The notes under the pieces were generated by a model that ran no database searches, was not told where the DNA came from, and saw nothing but the letters and a program-made list of their open reading frames with translations. A program made the position numbers and the translations under genes. DNA of 19,781 nt from a virus (taxonomy: Duplodnaviria > Heunggongvirae > Uroviricota > Caudoviricetes), in IMG/VR virus record IMGVR_UViG_2548876854_000015, positions 1-19,781 of that record. One strand, 5' to 3'. Below are positions 7,540 through 16,737 of the stretch, piece by piece (within the stretch, counting starts at the first letter, position 1; every line of letters starts with the position of its first letter).

Positions 7540-8301
7540 TCACTTTTCCAACACAACGCGACTGGTGGAATCGACAATCTGTCGGACAATATCCCGGTGT
7601 TTATTCAGCTCCCGCAGTGCGGCGCAGACACGCTCCCACTTCTGGACATGATTTTTCGCCCGGCGCAGTTCGCGGTTTGCCAGATGCAGCGATGGTAAAA
7701 TCAGGTCATCCGCCCGCGTTTCGGTGAACGATGGCAGCGACTGCACAATGTCCGCCACAGTTCCTGTTTTAATTTCTTCCTGTATTGCAGCTTCCTGTGC
7801 TGGTAACGCAACACCTGCTGGCTGAGGAAAGGCTTTACCATCAGTTTCCGTTACCAATGCAGCTTTCGGCTCTGCTGGTAAATTATCGTCCGGCATGCAG
7901 TAACGAAATTTACCGTTCTGATTTACGCGAATCAGGCGACCTTTGCTGATTGCCTGAGCCAACGTTGAAGCCACTTTGCGTGATGTGATACCGAACAGCG
8001 TAGCCAGCTCATCAGCCGTTTGTGGTCCGCGTTGTTCAATCGTCGCGGTTAAATCGCACTCTGAGATTTTCGCTACTGTTGCCGTGGTGGTTTCTTCCGG
8101 CAGTTCTGCCTGCTCTGGCTGTTCCTGCTGAACGTTGTTATCAGCCACACGCCAGGTGTATACGCTTTTATCAACGAAGCCAGCCTTTTTAAGTTCCCAC
8201 AGCTCGTTCAGCACTTCTTCACGACTGATATCAAGTCGCGCAGCCAGTTCTACCGACGTGGCTTTTCCCATTGCTTTCAGTACATCAAAAACGGTTTCCA
8301 T
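7540..8301 (-). CDS. ydaW: YdaW-like (DUF1627) protein, apparently full length
   Basis: [45 protein letters not shown]... N-terminus as in Rac ydaW from memory; SD GGGAGGAAA. K-12 ydaW is a truncated pseudogene. Confidence 0.65.
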   Translation of the reverse strand: METVFDVLKAMGKATSVELAARLDISREEVLNELWELKKAGFVDKSVYTWRVADNNVQQEQPEQAELPEETTTATVAKISECDLTATIEQRGPQTADELATLFGITSRKVASTLAQAISKGRLIRVNQNGKFRYCMPDDNLPAEPKAALVTETDGKAFPQPAGVALPAQEAAIQEEIKTGTVADIVQSLPSFTETRADDLILPSLHLANRELRRAKNHVQKWERVCAALRELNKHRDIVRQIVDSTSRVVLEK

Positions 8302-8323
8302 TAAAATTTCCTCCCGGTAAAAA

Positions 8324-9070
8324 TCACTTCGCAATTCCTGGCTGGACGACATTCGGACGCCAGCTCTCCCAGTTAAAATTCACCCATCGCCCGCCGTTCA
8401 TGGTCATGCGATCCATAATCCGCTCGCCGAGCAATGTTTTCATGGCCTCATAGTTCAGGTTTGTCAGCATCCCCACGCTGCGCATCGACGCTGTCCGGCG
8501 ATCAACAATCTGGTGCAGCACCACCTGCTCGTTTTTTGTCTCGCGCTGAATGCCAATTTCATCAAGAACCAGCAGATCCACTTGGCACAGTTCCCGCAAA
8601 AATTTTTCGCCTGATTGCCCGTCGTCATAGCTGGCGTGTAGAGCACTCATGACATCAGCCACGGTAACCACAATCACTGTCTGGCCATCTTTCAGCAGGC
8701 GATTCCCGATAGCCGCCGCCAGATGGTTTTTTCCGGTACCAGGTTTTCCGCTGAACGCAAAATTTGTACACCCGGTCATCAGTTCATCAGCGATAGATTT
8801 CGCCTGGTTCAACGCGTATCGCTGACCGTCGTTCTGCACCTGGTAATTCGCAAACGAGCATTTGCGGTGCAATGGCTGGATGCCAGAGCGATTCAGAATT
8901 TTTTCCACCCGCAACTGACGATTCTGACGGTTGATCTCCTCACAACGTTTCTGGCCTTCGGAAAGTTGCCACTCGCGCCACTCCGCTACCGTTTTGAATG
9001 GGGCGGTTACATGTGGCGGGGCCAGTCTGCGGATACGTTCAAGAATGCCTCCTGCCGCAATATTTTTCAT
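8324..9070 (-). CDS. ydaV: DnaC-like replication/helicase-loader ATPase (YdaV)
   Basis: 248-aa ORF with Walker [12 protein letters not shown] and Walker B LLVLDEIG, directly downstream of ydaU. Length matches K-12 YdaV. Confidence 0.85.
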   Translation of the reverse strand: MKNIAAGGILERIRRLAPPHVTAPFKTVAEWREWQLSEGQKRCEEINRQNRQLRVEKILNRSGIQPLHRKCSFANYQVQNDGQRYALNQAKSIADELMTGCTNFAFSGKPGTGKNHLAAAIGNRLLKDGQTVIVVTVADVMSALHASYDDGQSGEKFLRELCQVDLLVLDEIGIQRETKNEQVVLHQIVDRRTASMRSVGMLTNLNYEAMKTLLGERIMDRMTMNGGRWVNFNWESWRPNVVQPGIAK

Positions 9071-9076
9071 GGTCAG

Positions 9077-9934
9077 TTACCCCCTGAAGCCTGGCGGGAT
9101 CGCACTATCCGGTAACGAGACGGTGTTAACCTGTCGGAGTAACGTCTCAGGTCGAACACCTTTTGGCGCGAACAAGCCCTGGTATTCATTGGCGATGCTG
9201 TGTCGAATCACCTGCTCAGGTGAAAAACCCTGCTGGCGGAATTTTTCCAGCTCCCGTATCGCCCCGTTAGCGCCCTGCTCCGTTCGAATCGGTTTACGCA
9301 ATGCCTGGCGAAATTCAACCCACTCACGCCAGAGCGAGACAGAAATCCAGTTCGGCAAAGCAATATCCAGAGGGTCAAACTTTTTGACACCTCGATTCCC
9401 CCGGGGGGGATTTAGGGGGGGATCTGTTTTTAGATCTTTATCTGTATCTTTATTAGTTGCCTTTGTGTTGACATCATGTTCAAACACCACTTCAACATCT
9501 GTTTGAACACCTGTTAAATTTCTCTCTTGTTTTGTTTGAACATCTGCTTCCTTTCTGCTTCTTCTGGCCTGAACCGATGCTTTTCCTGCGGCTGATTTTT
9601 TGGTTAATTTTTCCCTGACTGATGCCAGATCTTCCTCAATCCGAAGATGCACCCATTCCTCGCCGTTATCGCAAAAAAACTCCCGCAAGGACGGTTCAAC
9701 ATCAGCCCATCGCTCGTTAGTCAGACGGGCAATTTTTGCCAGCCTGTTTTTAGGTATTGGCTTTCCTGTTTGCCAGTAATTGAACATCAGCAACAAATAC
9801 GCACCATGCTCCTCTGCTGACAAATGCATGGTGTCAGCCAGGTAATCAGCTATGTACAGTTGCATGTATGGTAATGCGGCCATAATTGCCCCGTATGATG
9901 CTGCCCGATTGCTTAGAATAAGCACAAACAGCAT
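9077..9934 (-). CDS. ydaU: Replication initiator, O-like (YdaU, DUF1376)
   Basis: 285-aa ORF containing MAALPYMQLYIADYLADTMHLSAEEHGAYLLL, matching K-12 YdaU length. An alternative start at ATG 9883 is possible. Low-complexity linker in the middle. Confidence 0.8.
   Translation of the reverse strand: MLFVLILSNRAASYGAIMAALPYMQLYIADYLADTMHLSAEEHGAYLLLMFNYWQTGKPIPKNRLAKIARLTNERWADVEPSLREFFCDNGEEWVHLRIEEDLASVREKLTKKSAAGKASVQARRSRKEADVQTKQERNLTGVQTDVEVVFEHDVNTKATNKDTDKDLKTDPPLNPPRGNRGVKKFDPLDIALPNWISVSLWREWVEFRQALRKPIRTEQGANGAIRELEKFRQQGFSPEQVIRHSIANEYQGLFAPKGVRPETLLRQVNTVSLPDSAIPPGFRG
9370..9545. repeat. Ori-like iterons and palindromes inside the ydaU linker region
   Basis: Three copies of a 10-bp palindromic core (TGTTCAAACA at 9477-9486; TGTTTGAACA at 9500-9509 and 9533-9542), plus GTCAAActtTTTGAC, CCCCCGGGGGGG and GATCTgtttttAGATC nearby. 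Confidence 0.45.
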
Positions 9935-9946
9935 GGAAACTTTTGC

Positions 9947-10369
9947 TTAATGAACAATGACAGAATCGTCGGAAGACCCGCCGCCGCTGAAATGCGCTTT
10001 CCGGTAAACGGCCTGGACTGCATCATCATGCGCATCAATTGCCGTACTTAACGCTTCCTGCGCCGCCAGTAATGCACGGCGTTCCAGGGTATCGAAGATG
10101 CAGAGTCGGTGACGCAGCTCGCGAGGAAGAATTGCCAGAACCGCAGGGATCAATTTCTGAATTTTTTCCCTTTGCGCATTCGTTTCACCTTTCAACCAAC
10201 GGTGATAGATATTCTGCTGATTGTTCCAGTCCTTGCCTGGAACCAGGGGCAATTCGCCGCCCCCCTGGCGCAGATATTCTTCAGTAATGGCATTGGCTAC
10301 CCATGCCTGCCCTTTTTCGGCTGCTAGGGCAAACAACACTGATTCGATGTGCTCATGCTTGATTTTCAT
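9947..10369 (-). CDS. ydaT: YdaT (cII-position early protein, toxic on derepression in Rac)
   Basis: 140-aa MKIKHEHIESVLFALAAEKGQAWVANAIT..., matches K-12 YdaT in length and sequence from memory. Confidence 0.85.
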   Translation of the reverse strand: MKIKHEHIESVLFALAAEKGQAWVANAITEEYLRQGGGELPLVPGKDWNNQQNIYHRWLKGETNAQREKIQKLIPAVLAILPRELRHRLCIFDTLERRALLAAQEALSTAIDAHDDAVQAVYRKAHFSGGGSSDDSVIVH

Positions 10370-10391
10370 GAATCATTTGCCTCTTGATGTT

Positions 10392-10688
10392 TCAGGTATG
10401 ATCAAATGAGGATTTGTTACTGTCATTTAGTTGCTTCACTGACATATTCTGCGAACAACATGCCGAACGTCGTAAATATGACCAGTCAATATCAGGACGA
10501 AGTTCTTCGCACAGAACCTCACCTCTTGTTGCACGTTCAATTGCTGGACATCTCTCGGCAGGCAATTGACGTACCCCTTTGATCCATTGATTTACGCTTG
10601 GAGGTGATACACCTAAAAGCCTAGCCATTGCTGATTGCCCACCGACAACAGCACAAGCTTGCTTGAATGAATAGTTCTCTTTTTTCAT
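10392..10688 (-). CDS. ydaS: YdaS (Cro-like HTH regulator)
   Basis: 98-aa MKKENYSFKQACAVVGGQSAMARLLGVSPPSVNQWIKG..., HTH; transcribed divergently from racR. Confidence 0.85.
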   Translation of the reverse strand: MKKENYSFKQACAVVGGQSAMARLLGVSPPSVNQWIKGVRQLPAERCPAIERATRGEVLCEELRPDIDWSYLRRSACCSQNMSVKQLNDSNKSSFDHT

Positions 10689-10715
10689 CGAATGAACTCC
10701 AAAAACACACAGAAA

Positions 10716-10792
10716 TATTAGGCGACGCCTAATATAAATGTCAATAGGCTATGCCTAATGCAATGAGGGTAGGGATTGCCTAATGCAATGAG
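10716..10792. promoter_or_regulatory. racR/ydaS divergent operator region
   Basis: Perfect palindrome TATTAGGCG-a-CGCCTAATA (10716-10734), TAGGC-tat-GCCTA (10745-10757), and a 16/17 direct repeat ATGCCTAATGCAATGAG / TTGCCTAATGCAATGAG (10751-10767 and 10776-10792). Shared half-site TTAGGC. Confidence 0.6.
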
Positions 10793-10811
10793 CATAGGAG
10801 AATATTAAGCA

Positions 10812-11288
10812 ATGCTTAGTGGTAAAGACTTAGGCCGAGCGATAGAGCAGGCCATTAACAAAAAAATCGCATCGGGATCCGTCAAATCAAAGGCGGAGGT
10901 CGCACGCCACTTCAAAGTCCAACCACCATCAATTTATGACTGGATTAAGAAAGGCTCCATAAGTAAAGATAAACTTCCAGAATTATGGCGTTTCTTTTCT
11001 GATGTTGTTGGTCCAGAGCATTGGGGGCTTAACGAATACCCCATACCAACCCCCACCAATTCAGATACAAAAAGTGAACTTTTAGATATAAACAACCTTT
11101 ATCAAGCAGCCTCTGATGAAATAAGAGCGATTGTAGCTTTCCTGTTATCTGGAAATGCTACAGAACCAGATTGGGTTGACCACGATGTTCGCGCCTACAT
11201 AGCAGCGATGGAAATGAAAGTGGGTAAGTATCTGAAAGCTCTAGAATCTGAACGGAAAAGCCAGAACATCACAAAAACTGGAACTTAA
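10812..11288 (+). CDS. racR: RacR prophage repressor (CI-like)
   Basis: 158-aa MLSGKDLGRAIEQAINKKIASGSVKSKAEVARHFKVQPPSIYDWIKKG..., N-terminal HTH; matches K-12 RacR length. Confidence 0.9.
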   Translation: MLSGKDLGRAIEQAINKKIASGSVKSKAEVARHFKVQPPSIYDWIKKGSISKDKLPELWRFFSDVVGPEHWGLNEYPIPTPTNSDTKSELLDINNLYQAASDEIRAIVAFLLSGNATEPDWVDHDVRAYIAAMEMKVGKYLKALESERKSQNITKTGT

Positions 11289-11360
11289 ACTTATATGGTC
11301 TGACGGAAAACTCCTGGATTCCGTTATTTAACCCCCCATCACTTTCTCCTGTCGTCATCA

Positions 11361-11425
11361 CCTATTAGGTTACGCTCAAAACATTAGGCATAGCCTATTG
11401 ACAATCAATTAGGCATTACCTATAG
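11361..11425. promoter_or_regulatory. Second operator-like cluster, inverted copy of the racR/ydaS operator, upstream of ydaG-ydaF
   Basis: ATTAGGCATAGCCTATTGACA (11383-11403) is the exact reverse complement of 10739-10759; further TTAGGC/TTAGGT half-sites at 11364-11370 and 11409-11414. Confidence 0.5.
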
Positions 11426-11595
11426 TTCCAGCATACCACCCACCCCGCCCCACAGAACGCCTGGCAATACTTCGAGTTACCAGGCCGTGGTAAGGGGTTA
11501 AGTAGCCAGCCCGAGGCGTATGAACATGACGGCGGGATTCAAATTTTGCAGTGCAGCAGTTAGTTCCGCCACCCGGCGTTAAGGGGAGAGATAAG

Positions 11596-11730
11596 ATGGT
11601 GCATTACGAAGTAGTTCAGTATTTGATGGATTGTTGCGGCATCACTTACAACCAGGCTGTGCAGGCTTTACGCAGCAACGACTGGGATCTCTGGCAGGCA
11701 GAAGCCTCTATCCGCAACAACAAGATGTGA
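11596..11730 (+). CDS. ydaG: YdaG small protein (44 aa)
   Basis: MVHYEVVQYLMDCCGITYNQAVQALRSNDWDLWQAEASIRNNKM, SD GGGGAGAG; below the 60-aa cut-off of the ORF track, translated by hand. Confidence 0.7.
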   Translation: MVHYEVVQYLMDCCGITYNQAVQALRSNDWDLWQAEASIRNNKM

Positions 11731-11740
11731 GGTGCGAAAA

Positions 11741-11896
11741 ATGCAAAAAATCGACCTCGGCAATAACGAATCCATGGTGTGCGGCGTGTTCCCCAACCAA
11801 GATGGAACGTTCACTGCTATGACGTATACCAAAAGCAAAACATTTAAAACCGAAACTGGTGCGCGCCGATGGTTGGAGAAGCACACAGTAAGCTAA
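11741..11896 (+). CDS. ydaF: YdaF small protein (51 aa)
   Basis: MQKIDLGNNESMVCGVFPNQDGTFTAMTYTKSKTFKTETGARRWLEKHTVS, translated by hand; 3' end overlaps the sieB stop convergently. Confidence 0.7.
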   Translation: MQKIDLGNNESMVCGVFPNQDGTFTAMTYTKSKTFKTETGARRWLEKHTVS

Positions 11897-12381
11897 CGAT
11901 TAAAACGTCTACTCCTGCTGTTCCAGAATAACTTCATAAAATGGGAGTATTTTTCGGTGACGAGATAATAAGAACAGTTTGCGCTATCACTCTGATGTTG
12001 AATGATGCCCTTCCGTTCTAATTTTTTCATAACCGGGTTACGGCAAGGAGAAGTGATAATAAGATTTCCGGTTTTAAGGAAATCTTTAAATACAGCTATT
12101 TCTTTCTCAGATAAACGAAGCAATACTCGTTGCTCTGGTAGTAATGAATAATGCTTTTGAATATGTGCTCGCAATCTTGAGAAGGAAATGGCGACCACGA
12201 AAGAAAAGGCAAAAACGATAATCTGAAAGAGCCAAGGTATTTCAGTATAAGCATTGAATGCGACAGTAAACTCTTTCGGTATCAGCCAGAGAGTGAGGCC
12301 AAAAATGATAATCGTATACATAAGTCTTTCGAGTGGCTCGTTAGCAAAAAGTTTCAACAATGGAGTAAATACATCCAACAT
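11893..12381 (-). CDS. sieB: SieB superinfection-exclusion membrane protein
   Basis: 162 aa from MLDVFTPLLKLFANEPLERLMYTIIIFGLTLWLIPKEF... with TM segments. The 203-aa upstream extension is rejected. Confidence 0.85.
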   Translation of the reverse strand: MLDVFTPLLKLFANEPLERLMYTIIIFGLTLWLIPKEFTVAFNAYTEIPWLFQIIVFAFSFVVAISFSRLRAHIQKHYSLLPEQRVLLRLSEKEIAVFKDFLKTGNLIITSPCRNPVMKKLERKGIIQHQSDSANCSYYLVTEKYSHFMKLFWNSRSRRFNR

Positions 12382-12599
12382 ATCAATAACTCTCAACTGT
12401 AAGGGTATTGAAATGTTAACACAAGCTCTCGCTGTAGGGGTATAGCCGAGACCACCGAAGCCCGGAGGTGGTGAAATAAAACTGGGCGCAACACGAAGGC
12501 GCATTTCCGATATCCATAAAGAGTCGGTCTTGTCTGTTAAATTTAAATGGTGGGAGTGCGCCTCCGGTTGTAAATAACGACATTGCTGTGTGTAGTCTT

Positions 12600-12646
12600 G
12601 GCGGCATCAGTTTTTTCTTGAAGTTCGGCTGATGTCCGCCCTTTTT
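12600..12646 (+). other. Long-loop hairpin GGCGGCATCAG...CTGATG(T)CCGCC followed by CTTTTT, upstream of kilR
   Basis: 11-bp stem with one bulge and an 18-nt loop, then a T5 run. Could attenuate read-through from the immunity region into the kil operon. Confidence 0.3.
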
Positions 12647-12811
12647 AAAGTGAATTTTGTGATGCGGTGAATGCGGCTAAGCGCACGCGGAACAGTTAAA
12701 AGCATCAGTGTTATGGGGGGATTATCCGGCGTTAATTGTTAACTGGTTAACGTCACCTGGAGGCACCAGGCACCGCATCAACAAAGTTCATTTGTGAAAA
12801 TGGAGATAATT

Positions 12812-13033
12812 ATGATTGCTCATCACTTCGGAACTGATGAAATACCTCGTCAGTGTGTGACTCCTGGTGATTATGTTCTTCATAACGGCCGGACATATAT
12901 TGCCTCGGCAAACAATATTAAAAAGCGAAAACTTTATATTCGAAACCTGACCACAAAAACATGCATTACTGACTGCATGATTAAAGTCTTCCTCGGTCGT
13001 GATGGTTTACCTGTAAAGGCGGAGTCATGGTGA
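12812..13033 (+). CDS. kilR: KilR (FtsZ/cell-division inhibitor)
   Basis: 73-aa [46 protein letters not shown]..., SD GGAG 7 nt upstream. Confidence 0.85.
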   Translation: MIAHHFGTDEIPRQCVTPGDYVLHNGRTYIASANNIKKRKLYIRNLTTKTCITDCMIKVFLGRDGLPVKAESW

Positions 13034-13203
13034 TGACTAAGAAAATAAAATGTGCTTACCACCTTTGCGATAAAGAAGTTAAAGAAAGCAAAAGCATTAA
13101 AAGACCACTTCATTTCATGCGTGGAGTTATCCCAACGACGGAAATGAAAAAATATTGTAGTGAAATATGTGCCGAAAAAGACCAGATGGCACACGAACTT
13201 TAA
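13033..13203 (+). CDS. ydaE: YdaE small Cys-rich zinc-binding protein (56 aa)
   Basis: [56 protein letters not shown], translated by hand; start overlaps the kilR stop. Alternative in-frame ATG at 13027. Confidence 0.7.
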   Translation: MTKKIKCAYHLCDKEVKESKSIKRPLHFMRGVIPTTEMKKYCSEICAEKDQMAHEL

Positions 13204-13277
13204 TTAACTGACTATGCGAAACTGAATTTATGCCAGCAATGGCAGGGATTCGCTCAACCTTAATTAAGGAGAAAAAC

Positions 13278-13553
13278 ATGATTACCAGTTATGAAGCCAC
13301 TGTTGTAACTACTGATGACATTGTTCACGAAGTTAATCTGGAAGGAAAGCGTATTGGCTACGTGATTAAAACAGAAAATAAAGAAACCCCATTCACTGTG
13401 GTTGATATCGACGGTCCATCAGGCAACGTTAAAACACTTCACGAAGGTGTCAAAAAAATGTGCCTGGTGCATACCGGAAAGAATCTGCCCGCAGAAAAAA
13501 AAGCCGAATTTCTGGCAACTCTAATTGCAATGAAATTAAAAGGTGAAATCTGA
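13278..13553 (+). CDS. racC: RacC
   Basis: 91 aa from MITSYEATVVTTDDIVHEVNLEGKRIGYVIKTENKETPF..., SD AAGGAG. Confidence 0.85.
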   Translation: MITSYEATVVTTDDIVHEVNLEGKRIGYVIKTENKETPFTVVDIDGPSGNVKTLHEGVKKMCLVHTGKNLPAEKKAEFLATLIAMKLKGEI

Positions 13554-13558
13554 AAGAA

Positions 13559-13583
13559 ATAGCCTGCGTATGACGCAGGCTAT
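13559..13583. other. Perfect 11-bp inverted repeat with 3-nt loop between racC and recE
   Basis: atagcctgcgt-atg-acgcaggctat, 6 nt after the racC stop. No U-tract on the plus side; a TTCTTTC-type run follows on the minus side. Confidence 0.4.
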
Positions 13584-13654
13584 GAACAGTGTGTATCCGG
13601 CAAGATCATTCACTGAACAAAACGAATTTTAATCTGAGTTGAGGTTAAAAAACA

Positions 13655-16600
13655 ATGAGCACAAAACCACTCTTCCTGTTACGGAAAGCGAAAAAATCAT
13701 CCGGTGAACCTGACGTCGTCCTGTGGGCAAGCGACGATTTTGAATCGACCTGTGCCACTCTGGACTACCTGATCGTTAAGTCAGGTAAAAAACTGAGCAG
13801 CTATTTTAAAGCTGTTGCCACGAATTTTCCTGTCGTTAATGACCTGCCCGCTGAAGGTGAGATCGATTTTACCTGGAGTGAACGCTATCAACTCAGCAAA
13901 GACTCCATGACATGGGAACTAAAACCGGGAGCAGCACCAGACAACGCTCACTATCAAGGCAATACCAACGTCAACGGCGAAGACATGACTGAGATTGAGG
14001 AGAATATGCTACTCCCAATTTCTGGCCAGGAACTGCCCATTCGTTGGCTTGCTCAACACGGCAGCGAAAAACCGGTAACGCACGTTTCACGCGACGGACT
14101 CCAGGCATTACACATTGCTCGGGCTGAAGAACTACCGGCTGTTACTGCCCTGGCTGTTTCCCACAAAACCAGCCTGCTCGACCCGCTGGAAATTCGCGAT
14201 CTCCACAAACTGGTTCGTGACACTGACAAAGTTTTCCCTAATCCTGGTAATTCAAACCTGGGACTGATAACTGCTTTTTTCGAAGCATACCTGAACGCTG
14301 ACTACACCGATCGAGGACTGCTGACAAAAGAGTGGATGAAGGGTAATCGTGTTTCACACATCACTCGCACGGCTTCCGGTGCTAATGCTGGCGGCGGAAA
14401 CCTCACCGATCGCGGCGAAGGTTTCGTACACGATCTGACGTCACTGGCGCGCGACGTAGCCACTGGCGTACTGGCCCGTTCAATGGATCTGGACATCTAT
14501 AACCTTCATCCGGCACACGCTAAACGCATTGAGGAAATTATCGCTGAAAATAAACCGCCCTTTTCTGTTTTCCGCGACAAATTCATCACCATGCCTGGCG
14601 GGCTGGATTATTCCCGCGCCATCGTGGTTGCGTCCGTAAAAGAAGCACCAATTGGGATCGAGGTCATCCCCGCGCACGTCACTGAATATCTGAACAAAGT
14701 ACTGACTGAAACCGATCATGCCAACCCTGATCCGGAAATCGTGGATATTGCCTGCGGTCGCTCCTCTGCCCCGATGCCGCAGCGAGTAACAGAAGAAGGA
14801 AAACAGGATGATGAAGAAAAACCGCAACCATCTGGAACAACGGCAGTTGAACAGGGAGAGGCTGAAACAATGGAACCGGAGGCAACTGAACATCATCAGG
14901 ACACGCAGCCGCTGGATGCTCAGTCACAGGTAAATTCTGTTGATGCGAAATATCAGGAACTGCGGGCAGAACTCCATGAAGCCCGGAAAAACATTCCATC
15001 AAAAAATCCTGTCGATGCCGATAAATTGCTTGCTGCATCACGTGGTGAATTTGTTGACGGAATTAGCGACCCGAACGATCCGAAATGGGTTAAGGGGATC
15101 CAGACTCGCGATTCTGTGTACCAGAACCAGCCAGAAACGGAAAAAACCAGCCCGGATGTGAAACAACCTGAGGCAGTAGTGCAACAGGAACCGGAAATAG
15201 TCTGCAATGCCTGCGGTCAGACTGGCGGAGATAACTGCCCTGACTGTGGGGCGGTGACGGGCGACGCAACATACCAGGAAACATTCGATGAAGAGAATCA
15301 GGTTGAAGCTAAGGAAAAAGATCCGGTGGAAATGGAAGGCGCTGAACATCCGCACAATGAGAATGCTGGCAGCGATCCGCATCGTGATTGCAGTGATGAA
15401 ACTGGTGAAGCGTCAGCTCCTGTAGCAACTGAAATCATGTGGCCGTCATATTTCGAGCCTGGCCGCTATGAAAACCTCCCGAACGAGGTTTATCACTCCG
15501 CCAACGGAATAAGCAGCACGATGCTGAAGGATGCCCGTATCAGCCTGATGTATTACCACGGACGGCACATTGCCGGAACTATTCCGAACGAGGAAAGTGA
15601 TGCACTGCTGCGTGGGCGGATCATTCACAGCTATGTTCTGGAAACGGATAAATTCGCTGATGAATATGCCATTCCGGTACCGGTTCCTGAATATGTGGTT
15701 ACTACTTCTAGCGAACTGATCGCCATCATTAAAAAACACAATGCCAGTCTGCCAGCACTGATGACACCAGAGCAGATGAAAGAGTGGATCGAAAGCTACA
15801 ACAGCACTCTTATACAGCCACTGTCTGTAAGTGCCGGGGCCGAAGAAACAGGCATCCTTTACGGTTCGCTTCCGGTGGAATTTCGGCGTATTCCTGAGGG
15901 GGAAAAACACACAGCATCAGCAATGAAAGCCTGTATTAAAGAATACAACGCAAGCCTCCCTCCTCTGTTGAAAACCAGTGGAGCACGGGAGCAGCTTCTG
16001 GATCAAATTGAAACTGTAGCCCCAGAACTGGCAAAAAAAGAACGTGCTAAATCTTTGCCTTACAACATCAGTGGCACAAAAGAGCAATTAACCGAAATCG
16101 CACGGAAAATTCGCCCGGAACTGGTGACACTGGAGGACTGGCAAAAACGCCAGCAAGAAGAAAATGCCGGGAAAACGTTTATCAGTCCGGAGATGTATGA
16201 ACAGGCAAAAAATATTCACGCGGCACTGCAAAACAATACCGATGCAGCAAGGCTACTCAACCACCCGGATCGCAAATCTGAAATCAGCTATTTCGGGTTT
16301 GATGAAGAAACCGGGCTGGAAATCAGGGTCCGTCCTGATATCGAAATCCGGCTGCCATACGAAAGCATTTGCGCTGACGTGAAGTCAGTCAGCCTCGGTT
16401 ATGTGCGACAGGAACGACTTAAAGATCGCCTGCACCGTGAAATTATTGAGCGTGATTATCACCTCAGCGCCGCAATGTATTGCGATGTGGCAAACCTGGA
16501 CAAATTTTTCTGGATCTTCGTCAACAAAGATGCTGGCTATCACTGGGTGGCAGTCGTGGAAGCCTCGCAGGAACTCCTGGAACTTGGTCGACAGGAATAT

Positions 16601-16726
16601 CGCCGGACGCTACGCCAGATAAACGAAGCCCTGGAGACAAACAACTGGCCAGCACCGATTACCGAAAGTTATACCGACGAATTAAACGACTTTGATCTTC
16701 GTCGTCTTGAAGCACTGAGCATCTGA
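13655..16726 (+). CDS. recE: RecE-family exonuclease VIII, 1023 aa, with divergent expanded C-terminal nuclease region
   Basis: The first roughly 590 aa are near-identical to K-12 RecE as I recall it. The C-terminal part is only distantly alignable to the RecE nuclease core (RVRPDIEIR...ICADVKSVS against RCRPDKIIPE...IMDVKTTAD) and carries an extra segment of about 150 aa with an internal repeat ([10 protein letters not shown] / [11 protein letters not shown]). Confidence 0.85.
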   Translation: MSTKPLFLLRKAKKSSGEPDVVLWASDDFESTCATLDYLIVKSGKKLSSYFKAVATNFPVVNDLPAEGEIDFTWSERYQLSKDSMTWELKPGAAPDNAHYQGNTNVNGEDMTEIEENMLLPISGQELPIRWLAQHGSEKPVTHVSRDGLQALHIARAEELPAVTALAVSHKTSLLDPLEIRDLHKLVRDTDKVFPNPGNSNLGLITAFFEAYLNADYTDRGLLTKEWMKGNRVSHITRTASGANAGGGNLTDRGEGFVHDLTSLARDVATGVLARSMDLDIYNLHPAHAKRIEEIIAENKPPFSVFRDKFITMPGGLDYSRAIVVASVKEAPIGIEVIPAHVTEYLNKVLTETDHANPDPEIVDIACGRSSAPMPQRVTEEGKQDDEEKPQPSGTTAVEQGEAETMEPEATEHHQDTQPLDAQSQVNSVDAKYQELRAELHEARKNIPSKNPVDADKLLAASRGEFVDGISDPNDPKWVKGIQTRDSVYQNQPETEKTSPDVKQPEAVVQQEPEIVCNACGQTGGDNCPDCGAVTGDATYQETFDEENQVEAKEKDPVEMEGAEHPHNENAGSDPHRDCSDETGEASAPVATEIMWPSYFEPGRYENLPNEVYHSANGISSTMLKDARISLMYYHGRHIAGTIPNEESDALLRGRIIHSYVLETDKFADEYAIPVPVPEYVVTTSSELIAIIKKHNASLPALMTPEQMKEWIESYNSTLIQPLSVSAGAEETGILYGSLPVEFRRIPEGEKHTASAMKACIKEYNASLPPLLKTSGAREQLLDQIETVAPELAKKERAKSLPYNISGTKEQLTEIARKIRPELVTLEDWQKRQQEENAGKTFISPEMYEQAKNIHAALQNNTDAARLLNHPDRKSEISYFGFDEETGLEIRVRPDIEIRLPYESICADVKSVSLGYVRQERLKDRLHREIIERDYHLSAAMYCDVANLDKFFWIFVNKDAGYHWVAVVEASQELLELGRQEYRRTLRQINEALETNNWPAPITESYTDELNDFDLRRLEALSI

Positions 16727-16737
16727 GGAAGGACACA

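Noticed and set aside
7244-7727. Plus-strand ORFs of 91, 125 and 125 aa
   Set aside because: Antisense to the 138-aa and ydaW-like genes; Pro/Ser/Arg-rich translations typical of the reverse frame of GC-rich coding DNA.
8135-9506. Plus-strand ORFs opposite ydaW-like, ydaV and ydaU, and the minus-strand ORFs 8464..8646 and 9208..9390
   Set aside because: Antisense or out-of-frame overlaps of well-supported replication genes.
10039-10409. Plus-strand ORFs of 82, 72 and 62 aa opposite ydaT
   Set aside because: Antisense to ydaT, which matches a known protein.
11631-11886. 63-aa (+) and 72-aa (-) ORFs in the ydaG/ydaF interval
   Set aside because: The interval is better explained by hand-translated ydaG (44 aa) and ydaF (51 aa), which have SDs and match known small Rac proteins.
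11893-12607. 203-aa extended sieB ORF, and 12254..12445 (+) and 12416..12607 (-) ORFs
   Set aside because: SieB matches from MLDVF (162 aa); the others are antisense or upstream out-of-frame ORFs without SDs.
12934-13194. 86-aa minus-strand ORF
   Set aside because: Antisense to hand-translated ydaE and the kilR 3' end.
14302-15910. Several minus-strand ORFs (64 to 154 aa) and plus-strand ORF 14940..15161 inside recE
   Set aside because: Shadow frames inside a long, well-supported gene.
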